Shown: positions 12,183-21,193 of the stretch, piece after piece
Numbering within the stretch: position 1 is the stretch's first letter
Layout: the number at the start of each line of letters is the position of its first letter
Origin: Bugula neritina
Taxonomy: Eukaryota; Animalia; Bryozoa
Length of the DNA: 21,193 bases
Direction of reading: 5' to 3'
Assembly (NCBI GenBank): GCA_964035545.1
Contig: CAXIUT010000155.1
Coordinates: 1 to 21,193 of the forward strand
Notes under the pieces: model-generated
Database searches by the model: none
What the model was told of the DNA's origin: nothing
The model's input: only the letters and a program-made list of their open reading frames with translations
Position numbers and translations under genes: made by a program

Positions 12183-12896
12183 TCATGGAGTTTTCTTTTC
12201 TTGCTTCGTTTTCTTATCTTCTTCTCTTTATTGCTGACCTATTTATTGCTGACCTATTTGATTTCTTTACTACTGAAACTTTTAAAATGATTTAAATTCA
12301 TTTCTTATATCTTAATAGTCTCCCATGGTAATCACTTGTCCAGATTTTGTATTTTTTTAAAGATGTTAAAAGCGTTTTAAACAGTAAGCCTATTTTTAAC
12401 ATTAATAAAGATACTTTTCTCTCTATTTTTTCCACTATTCAAGATAGTTAATTTATCTATCCAATAAAATATTTTCTTCAGGCTCTTTATCCGATTCATA
12501 TTCTTTTATTTTCTGTTTACCCCCAAAATAGTTAAACCCTTTGAATACTTTTGATAAAAAACTTTATTTTTTTTTCCTTTATTTTTCTCTTTGCAGCCCT
12601 TAAACTTGTTCTCGAATATTTACTATTTCTGGTCCCAGAACCTCATCATATTTTATTGGTCTTCTGCTTTTTATAATTTTAACTTCCACAGAAAATTGGT
12701 ATATTGTAGTTTGGTACTCTTTGAAAAACGAAAGTATTTTCTATGCAAGAAGTTTTCTTGTTGGAGAATCAGAATAATCAACATTTTCAAAGATAAGGAT
12801 TTTTTTTTCTACGTTTTTAAGCAAATTTTTTCCATAAAAGTAATGCCATATTGCCTAGTCAGCTTCTAATCTTAATTCTTTTGCCTTTTTCATCAT
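12183..12896 (-). CDS. Hypothetical charged protein, 237 aa, intronless
   Basis: MMKKAKELRLEADEAIWHYFYGKNLLK...KQEKKTP-TGA, 238 codons open under table 30 and flanked by very AT-rich spacers. It contains a 15-bp duplication at 12227-12256 (IGQQE x2). Confidence 0.7.
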
Positions 12897-12958
12897 AAAA
12901 TAATTATATTTAAATTGATTTAATATAAATATTTTAAGAAATTAATAGCTCTTTAGTA

Positions 12959-12993
12959 AATCCTATTTCTATAAATAATCCTATTTCTATAAA
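12959..12993. repeat. Tandem duplication, period 18 (aatcctatttctataaa x2)
   Basis: Two identical 17-mers at 12959-12975 and 12977-12993, in the AT-rich region upstream of the 237-aa gene. Confidence 0.8.
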
Positions 12994-13161
12994 CAATCAA
13001 AAAAAAATCAGAAAAATAAGAGAATAAAAATTTAAAACAAATTAGAAAAAGAAATATTGAAAAAATATCTAAGTATGTGTCTTAACCAATCAAAAATAAA
13101 TATCTATTAACTCCTCATAAGATTGTCATTCAATATCTGCAATGATTGTGACTTTCAAAAA

Positions 13162-13253
13162 CCCAACCCAACCCCAACCCCAACCCCAACCCCAACCCCA
13201 ACCCCAACCCCAACCCCAACCCCAACCCCAACCCCAACCCCAACCCCAACCCC
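13162..13253 (+). repeat. Internal telomeric array (CCCCAA)n, left-end orientation
   Basis: 92 nt. Starts with variant units CCCAA-CCCAA, then perfect C4A2. Confidence 0.97.
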
Positions 13254-13304
13254 TACATTTTTTCTTTAACAAACCAAATGATAGAATAATAGTATAAAAA
13301 TTTA

Positions 13305-14138
13305 TCAGATATAAGATATATCTTAGTTCACTTTTTCAATCTACCAAGGAGATATTCTATTATCTTGAATTTTTCCTCTCTTTTTTCCATAATTTAAACT
13401 AACATCAATATCCTCGTTCAAACTAAACTTCTTCCCACATATTTGATTCCCCCTATACCGAGTACTCTTCAAAAAAGAGTCATCTGTATGTCTGATATCA
13501 TCCTTCTGATTGATATGTATGCATTTTCCTTATAAAATATCCTGGTAGTGAATTGATAGTTTGTGAATGAAAGGTTTATTACTAAACAATCTACTTTCAA
13601 TTTCTTTGTCTATATTGATGCTTTAACAAAACTTTTTTATCTTTTCTCTTTTTATTTATTTTATAGATTATGTTCTTAACCTCCATCTGGTTTTCCTTGT
13701 TTTAGAATGATTATCTCCCTACCTTTCCTTTCTTTACCTTATTTTTCTATAATAGTAAGTCGTATTTTTGTTGTCAGGCATGTTGATAGTATTAGTACTG
13801 ATATTAGTCTTTTAAAGATTTAAAGAATGATCACTAGATTTGATTTGTTTTTTTTATCCGAAAGATCCTGTAACTAAAAAATCACAACTCTAACCTCGCA
13901 TCTCATAACTTTATTTATTTTTACCAGCACGATGCAGATTAGATGTAGCATTTGGTAGACTATTTTAAGAAGGTAAAGTTTTATATCTTTACGATTTCTT
14001 TTTGTTTAAAGAAATAATTTTACTTTGTTTCAATAGAATTGTATTATCTTTGTAGAATCGCTTAGTATGATCATTCTTTTTCATTTTTAACTTAATAGAA
14101 TCGATATAAACCTTACTTCTCTCGGATAACTTCTACAT
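13305..14138 (-). CDS. Hypothetical basic low-complexity protein, 277 aa, intronless
   Basis: MEKLSERSKVYIDSIKLKMKK...RISPWEIEKVNEDISYI-TGA, 278 codons open under table 30. The start could instead be a downstream Met. Confidence 0.68.
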
Positions 14139-14222
14139 TATTATATGAACTATCAAAAACCATTGTATAACATCTGATAACTATCAATTAAAACTATTAT
14201 CATCACTGTTATAACTTAAATC

Positions 14223-17131
14223 ATGAGTCATTTTCGTATTCAAAGAAAACTTACTTAAGGAAACACCATCAAGCATAAACAACCACTACCTTATCCAGTC
14301 AGAATCAAATCACTATAAAGCAAACATTCCTTCTCAAGATCGCCTAAAAAAAATAAACATTAATCTCTCACTAAACTCATACAAAAAATAGCAATCAGAA
14401 AACCTACAGAAGAATCTATTTAATTTCCTAAAAATAAATTTTAATAAGTAACTAACTAGATAACTAGGGAATAAAAGCATACAAATAAAAAAATGTCATC
14501 AAAGCCATCGACATCTTCAAATAAATCTATAAAAATGGACATAAATCAGCATAACTCACGTATTATCTAGGATCCTGTTTCCTCAACTCAGGTAAAAATC
14601 AAACCAGCATCGTCTATCTCAACTAATGCATCTCTATCAATCCAAGTTATCATCCCAATGCATATCTCTATATCGCAGTCAACTTCAAAATGATAGCTAA
14701 TATGAAACAAGCCATCAAAATACTATAATAAGGACTCTTAATATTCCCCAACTTTTAATAAGGAGCCTTCTATAAAGCTAAACTCCAAATGAAAATAAAA
14801 TAATTCAACCAAGCTATCCACTCCTTCCATCATTGCCTCAAAATAAACCCTTTCAACGATCTAGGTAAATATCATCTAATGCAGCCATTCTTTTTCTTGG
14901 AGATTGTTACAGATCTCAGCACAAGTATGATAAGGCTCTTTAATTGTATAAAAAGATAACTAAAAATAAAAGAAAATATTAAGAACTAGCCTTAATTAGG
15001 ATATCAAGTATTCTCATAGATCAGTCATAGTATTTAAAAGCCTATGACATTTTGATAAAGCTCCAATAAAAAAATAACTAAAACCCTGAGTTCAACTATA
15101 ATCTAGGAATTGTATGTTATCATCTCAGTAAAAAACAATAAAGTGCTATTTATTTATAATCCTGTCTCACATCTGCCTCAGATACAACTATTGCGACCAA
15201 AGCACTTAAATACATCCTCAAAATGAATATCTAGAACTACTAGTTCTATGAAGCATAACATCAAATCAATAGAGTTGTCACTTTAGGTCTCTAATAGTAA
15301 AAATTTAAAGAATGGAAACTATTCATTGAAGGAGTCAGTGATCTCATAAAAAGAAAGAATCTGAATGGTTCCCTTAAACTACAAAAAGCTGTTTAAATCG
15401 GATAATTAAAATTAAAGACATAAAGACCAGATCATCCTTCAAACAAATAATTTCTCAAACATATCTACCTCTACCTTGCCTACTCTTAATACCAAAACGA
15501 TAAACTCTAACAGTCTTTATAAATATTCAAAAAAGCAATTTAATTTGATCCAAATAACAGACAAAATCAATCAGCCAAACTGATAGCAGAAGCCCTAATA
15601 CTAAGCAATAACTATTAATACTAATCAGCTGTTGATAAATTAGAATAGGCCTATGAATATGTCCAATCAACGTAGACTCTCTTCATGGCTGCTATAATAC
15701 TAGTCAGTTACTATAAATAACATGAAGATCAATAGAAAAAGATATTTATCAAAATATAAAAGTTTCTAGAAACAGCTTGTCAACGTGACAATAAGTTTGG
15801 TCTGCTTTTCTTCTACTACTCTCTCGTCCTTCTATTTTTGGATAAACCTTGTGTCTAAATCATATAACAAGCCATTTCAGTCTGTGACTAGCCTATTTCC
15901 TAATATTACTTCATCTATGCCTTGGCTCTCAACTCAGCAGGTAAACTATCATAAGCTATTGATGCAATATCTAAATCAATTGATATCGATCCAGGTATTC
16001 TATAATTTTACAGATAAAGATCAAAGTATTACTTCATTGCAGAAGACTATCAACAGGCTATCTAAGACTGCAAAAAAGCATAATCAATGTAGCAAAACGA
16101 CTAGTAGATCCAACTACTACTTTCTTTCTTTCTCTACCTGACAGACAACTTCTCATAAGCATATAAATATTTACAAAAAGTTAAACTATCTCCAGGTAAG
16201 CTATTGTAGTTCTAAACAGCTCTTAATCTTAGATTAGGATACTATAACAAATTATAATAAGTTGGTCTTTTGATAATAGCTCTTAAAAGTTAAAAACAAC
16301 TTAACTAATAACTACTTATTCCCATCTAAAAGTTTATCAAGGAAAGACACCAATATTCTTAGTTCAGTGTTTATTTCTATCATTTGATAATAGCTGTAGC
16401 TTATGCCAAAATATAAAACTACTAAAAAGGCATCAATCATCTTTTTGGCTGTCTTGAATAAATACAACTACTAATCGACTAAAAAGATAACAGTAAAAGT
16501 AGCTTCGAAGTCACTTGGGAAGAAACAGAAGCCATGCTCGATTAAGTTAAATTCAATATCACTATCCTCAGTCTTCTCAAAGGAGTAACTCTATATATAT
16601 TTTAGAATTTTGCAGAAACTTAAAAGTATATTTCTGTCTTTGCATCCTAGACTACCAGTTTAGACCTAAAATAAACTCTCAATAATCTCTTAAAAATAAT
16701 GAATGATTCGTAGTTCAATGGATAGATACAACTTTTTGTCTAAAATTAAGAACCTAAAATCAGTGATTAGTTTCCTGCATTCCAAATTAACATCCACCAA
16801 ACAACTCTTGTACTACTGTCATAACTAGATTACTAAACTACTTATTAGTTTTCCTGTAAAGCTAAAATTCACAATAGCTCCTTAATTTGACCCATCTTAT
16901 CTTCTAAATTTCGATATAGATAAAGTTTAATATAAAATACCTCCGCCATGGTTAAAGCACCCTTCAAAAAGCATAAATTTCACAAATTAAATATGCAACC
17001 AATCCATAGCTCTCTCTTCCTCACAACTTTCATAATCTAATGAATAAAAAAATAAAGGAAACAGTATAGTAGAACAACTCAAGTTAGATAAAGCCTTATA
17101 ATCAAAATTATAAAAAATAATTCATAAATGA
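14223..17131 (+). CDS. Multi-TPR protein, ~942 aa; introns 14448-14467, 14865-14884, 16585-16605 (probable) and 16810-16828
   Basis: ATG14223 (MSHFRIQRK). TPR motifs: FEEGIKAYKEKNVIKAIDIF, TYYLGSCF, AYLYIAVNF..KQAIKILEEGL..FP, FNQAIHSFHHCLKINP, LFLGDCYRSQHKYDKALELY, FNYNLGIVCY, FKKAIEFDP, AISKSIDIDP. TGA is at 17129-17131; 943 codons after splicing. Confidence 0.88.
14448..14467 (+). other. 20-nt spliceosomal intron
   Basis: gtaactaactagataactag. Joins KFEE to GIKAY and links the ATG14223 frame to the TPR frame. Confidence 0.85.
14865..14884 (+). other. 20-nt spliceosomal intron
   Basis: gtaaatatcatctaatgcag. Restores the TPR NPFNDLAILFLGDCY. Confidence 0.9.
16585..16605 (+). other. Probable 21-nt (3n) intron
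   Basis: gtaactctatatatattttag. It has an intron-like composition but is frame-neutral, so the ORF does not require it. Confidence 0.6.
16810..16828 (+). other. 19-nt spliceosomal intron
   Basis: gtactactgtcataactag. Removal shifts to the frame encoding ISFP...VEYKIPPPWLK...INFTNEI through the final TGA. Confidence 0.75.
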
Positions 17132-17140
17132 TTATTTATT

Positions 17141-18334
17141 TCATTTAATCATTGATTTTTATATTTCAGTCACCAGCACGAAATGGTCAAAGGGATGTTA
17201 GTCAGTAGGAATCATCTTAGCATTCTTTATCTCCTCGTTGTTTATCAATCTAATAGATCCATTCATGATCTTCAAATTTGTCAATATCTTATCTTTACTC
17301 TCTTGAATCAAAATATTTCCCTTATGGAATTGAGCTTGAGTCAAAGTTCTTTTCTTCACTGTTGTCAACTCACTCTCTTTCCTAGGATAATAATTAAACA
17401 CCTTTTAAAATGAATTATCCTCACCCAAAAATGAATTAATATCTCCGCCAACTATAAAGTTGTACTAAGGATGATTAGACCTCAATTCCAATAAAGACTA
17501 CTTCATCACCATCAACTGTTGCTTATTTCTTTCAGCTTTAGAACTCAAATGAACGTTAATTATGATATAATTATCTGCTATTAGAACAGCAGGACCCTCA
17601 GACCAAGTTAAACCCTTTATCTATATTTGATTTAACACATCTTCTACCTTTTTACTAGACATAAAAGTAGATTTCTTTGCAATTATCAATTTATCTTTGG
17701 CATCATCTGCTACTAAATGATAACTATTAGTTTTTTATATTTATGCCTGTAAGACAGAGGAATATTCTTGCATGAAAAACACATCAGCATTTATTCTAGT
17801 AAAACTTCCCATAAATTTTTACATTTTTTTTTACTCACTTAAAAAAGATAAATCATAAAATGGTCTATAAATATCCATATACTTTCCTGGAGTATTTTTA
17901 ATCAAATCCTAAAAATCATCATTCTTAAAAGCATAAGTCAGTAAAGTATGAAATAACATCAAATCATACAATCGAGTATTAACTCTTTCCTACTCACTAT
18001 AAGGCACCTTTTTAGATTCAGGCATCTTCTCAAACACCTCGTCCCATTCACATTAGAACTCCTGTCTATTCAAAAACTTATCATTTTTAATTCCTATATT
18101 TAAAGCAAAAGCAGGACTGTACCTTCCAGTTCTTATTTTTTGATCAATTTTACCAAGTTGCCATTTGAAGTTATCCTTATTAAAGCCAGGAATATACTTA
18201 GGAATAATTCTCACAAAAGTTTGACTAATTTATTCAAGTTCTTTCTCATAATCACTACAGTAGAATTCAAAAGGATTGTTCATTATATCACAGTAATTCA
18301 AAGTAGCTATAACTAGCGGCCTGTCATTTTCCAT
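17141..18334 (-). CDS. Endonuclease/exonuclease/phosphatase (EEP) superfamily protein, 397 aa, intronless
   Basis: ATG18334. EEP catalytic motifs appear in order: IATLN, ADVFFMQE, INVHLSS, FIVGGDIN, KDKILT, PTDEHPFDH. TGA is at 17141-17143; 398 codons. Confidence 0.9.
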
Positions 18335-18377
18335 ATCCTGCAAAAGATATTAATATAAATATTCATATTATCATTAA

Positions 18378-19496
18378 ATGAAAAATATTCTTTGTTTAGT
18401 GCTCATAGGTTTAATCATCCAAAGTCATTCAATTTTAATCTAATCAACCAACAACGTCGCATAGACTCTTTTCAATATCTACTTCCCTGACTCTAAATTA
18501 AACTCATCAAAACTATATCTAAGAGGAGATAATTGTAATCTTACTTGGAGCAAAGGAGTTCTTCTAAGTTATAAATCCACAAATCATTGGCAAATAAGTC
18601 TAATGTGTACATAAAATGCAACAATCAGTGTTAAAGTACTTCAGAATAATACTATTTGGATGTTTGGAAATAATGTAATTTTTACAGGAGGTCAAAAAAC
18701 TATCAATATCTATCCTAGTTTCAATCCTACTGCAAACAATATTGTCTAAAAATCAGGAATCACATCTAAAATACTAAATAACACCAGAAAATGCAGCATT
18801 TACTTTCCTCCTTCTTACTACGATAACACTCTCAAGTCATACTAAGTTCTAATCATGCATGATGGTCAAAATTTATTCGATAACAGCAAAGCAGCCTTCG
18901 GAACAGCCTGGCTTATCCAAGATACGATGAATACATTGATAGTATAGGGAAAAATGAGATAAATCATTGTGGTTGGAGTGTGGAATACTCCTGATAGAAA
19001 TAATTAGTATACTTATTCCTATGACTCTGGGTATAAATTTGGAGGAAAAGGTGATAAATATCTAGATTTCTTAGAACAATAACTCATACCAGTTATATAA
19101 AACGATTGGATCAAAGGAAGAGTTATTCCTGGATCATATGGTATAGGAGGTAGTAGTTTAGGTGGACTCATTAGTTGCTATGCTCTTTATACTAGACCAA
19201 CAAAGTTTAAAACATCTATTTGCATGAGTTCAAGTTTCTGGTGGAATAATGAAGATTTCAACAATAAAATACTCAAAAACTAATCTTACAAAGATACCAG
19301 GCTGTATGTAGATTCAGGAGATAGTGGAAACAACCAAGACAGCAAAAACTAAACAATTAGAGTTTATACTCATCTTCAAAAAATAGGGTATCAAGCCAAT
19401 GAAACACTTTTCTACTACTTGGATAAAGGAGGACAACATAATGAATACTACTGGGGAAGACGCTTCCAAATTCCAATGAAAATGCTCTACCCATGA
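18378..19496 (+). CDS. Secreted alpha/beta-hydrolase (Fes/IroE-like putative esterase) with an N-terminal CBM20-like beta domain, 372 aa, intronless
   Basis: Signal peptide MKNILCLVLIGLIIQSHS, then LYLRGD..LTWSKG, IYFPPSY, VLIMHDGQNLF, IIVVGV.NTPDR..EYT, YLDFL..ELIP. Nucleophile elbow GSSLGG, then SSSFWW, LYVDSG and HNE..W..R. 373 codons. Confidence 0.92.
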
Positions 19497-19519
19497 CTAT
19501 ATATCATTATTTAGATATA

Positions 19520-20938
19520 TCAAATACTTTTATTTTGTTTAGAACTTTAAAATCTCGACTCTTCCTCGAAATATATGCCAACGTTCATCAATCCTTTCTT
19601 CTTTCCATACGAATTGCTAACCTCGAGGATTTCATTCTTGCTTTTTCCTTCCATAAACAAACTTATCGCTATTTAATGTATCTACAAGATATCTTCAGTA
19701 TGTTCCTGCAAATTTAACAACTTGAATATTTTCATTACGTTTCCCAACACAAAGGCAAAATCACAAGTAGATAAATGATTTGTCTTTTTCACTTGATATG
19801 CCTTCCAGGTATCCTCATTATTTTATCTTAAACGATTCATTTTGTCCTACATATAGTAAATATAGGGAGCACTTTCGAAAAATGTCTAAGAGTTTAACAA
19901 CAAAAGGTTTTAATCTTTAAGGTTTGTATATGTTGAGTTTGATAGAGGAAAAACCCAAGGATCAAGACATATCATACCTTTGATCAAAGGATTAACCTTA
20001 TTTTTTATACGCAAATTAGCCATAGTTTATAAAACAGTAGCTCCTCCATATGATTGTCCAGTCAAGTATACATTTTCTATTCTAATCTCCTTCTAAACAT
20101 CACTAAATAATCTTTTCAATAACTGTCTATCAAATATTTCATCCAAAAGGTTTTCATATTATTCACTTCTAACAACTAAGTCTTTGTTTCTTTTATTATA
20201 AAGCATTCTTTCCAACACATCAGGCTCTTTACAATCTTCATTACTGAACTATATCCTCACATTGTCTTTGTTATGCTGGATAGAGACCACAATATATCCA
20301 TGAGAAGCCCACCACCCGCACAATGAACTATAGTTGGTCATATTAGAACCCAAACCATGACTAAATATGATCAACTTCCAGGACTCATTAGCATCATCAT
20401 CATTTACATAAAGTGAAGCGTTTCCCAAGACTGGCATTTCTATTTTAACCAAAAATGAAATCAAGAAGTTGAACAGTCGATAAGGCAAAAATTTAAGTTT
20501 AGTCGGGTCAACAAAAAAGATTTCATACATTATTTTACTGTAGTTTTCAATAGGAATCCACTTACAATTCCTACCGTTTGACATTGATGGATAGAAGACA
20601 CATAGCTCAAGATCATTCTTTTTGTAAGATCGATATCCAGCATTATAAGGTCCCTTGCCGACTATCTCAATATGATAAAATTTCAAATAGACCATTAGCA
20701 TACCTAGCACAACTATAAAACAGGTCTGTAGCAAGGTAGCATCGAAAAGATCAGACAAAAATATAGCAAAGAAGATAGGAGTGTAGGGCCTAGCTCCTTA
20801 GAATGTAAAACTGACAATACTGACCAAGACTACTACTAACCAGAAGAATTGTTTGTGTTCAGTTTACATGATAACCATGCTTTCGAAGTAAAATAAGAAA
20901 AGGAGTAACTTTTAGAAGAGAAAATAGTGCTTTCTCAT
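19520..20938 (-). CDS. PAF-acetylhydrolase-like (group VII PLA2) alpha/beta-hydrolase with ~3 N-terminal TM segments, 472 aa, intronless
   Basis: ATG20938 (MRKHYFLFEKLLLF), a hydrophobic N-terminus, GPYNAG, VFYP, IIFSHGLG....YS.LC...ASHGYIVVSIQH. Catalytic triad candidates: GQSYGG (Ser), LDPWVFP (Asp), TNHLSTCDF (His). Also LNSETF. 473 codons. Confidence 0.92.
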
Positions 20939-21111
20939 TGTTAATCTATTTATTTTTTATATCAAATATAAAATAAGATATCCATCTGAAATAGAGAATA
21001 TAAATAAAATAAATAGTAAAAATAATATATTGATTGTTTATATTGTCTAGCTTATTGGTGATCATTTTATATAAATAATAACTTTATTCAAAATATTTTA
21101 AAAATAAATAA

Positions 21112-21193
21112 TGGGGTTGGGGTTGGGGTTGGGGTTGGGGTTGGGGTTGGGGTTGGGGTTGGGGTTGGGGTTGGGGTTGGGGTTGGGGTTGGG
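21112..21193 (+). repeat. Right telomere, (TTGGGG)n
   Basis: About 82 nt of perfect T2G4 at the end of the window. Confidence 0.98.

Noticed and set aside
6316-13253. Telomere-bearing transposon or CRISPR-like array
   Set aside because: The arrays are direct rather than inverted, no transposase lies between them, and there is no repeat-spacer structure.
14139-14400. TGA=Trp readthrough extending the 277-aa minus-strand gene upstream
   Set aside because: That stretch is the spacer plus the antisense of TPR exon 1. Trp is TGG at conserved sites in all genes.
510-16828. Programmed frameshifts or sequencing indels explaining the frame changes
   Set aside because: Every frame change coincides with a GTA...AG segment of 19-20 nt, so introns explain them more simply.
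6709-19717. Track ORFs 6709-6972, 8676-8870, 12591-12869, 15785-16141, 17183-17413 and 19493-19717
   Set aside because: Each is antisense or off-frame to a longer, better-supported gene.
161-20938. Standard ciliate code (TAR=Gln), or pseudogenes full of stops
   Set aside because: TAR sits at Glu-conserved positions, catalytic motifs are intact, and frames are continuous to TGA.
91-21111. Shared chromosome-breakage or subtelomeric motif beside the four arrays
   Set aside because: No convincing common motif by eye, and no Tetrahymena-type Cbs 15-mer was noticed.

Overview
This is AT-rich ciliate macronuclear DNA with C4A2/T2G4 telomeres at both ends and two more full-length C4A2 arrays inside (6316-6403 and 13162-13253), both in left-telomere orientation. 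The supplied standard-code ORF track is misleading. TGA is the only stop, and TAA/TAG sit where conserved motifs need glutamate, not glutamine. That points to the peritrich-type code (NCBI table 30). Read this way, the window holds 10 tightly packed genes, all ending in TGA: an STPG/SHIPPO-repeat protein, a SIZ1/PIAS-like SUMO E3 ligase, two TPR proteins, a 1762-aa type I membrane protein, two hypothetical proteins, an EEP-family nuclease/phosphatase, a secreted Fes/IroE-like esterase and a membrane-anchored PAF-acetylhydrolase-like lipase. They are interrupted by ten 19-21-nt GTA...AG introns; eight are exactly 20 nt and nine have an A at -6. Segment 13162-21193 is by itself a complete ~8-kb telomere-to-telomere, five-gene chromosome. 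All translations were done by hand and no database searches were run.
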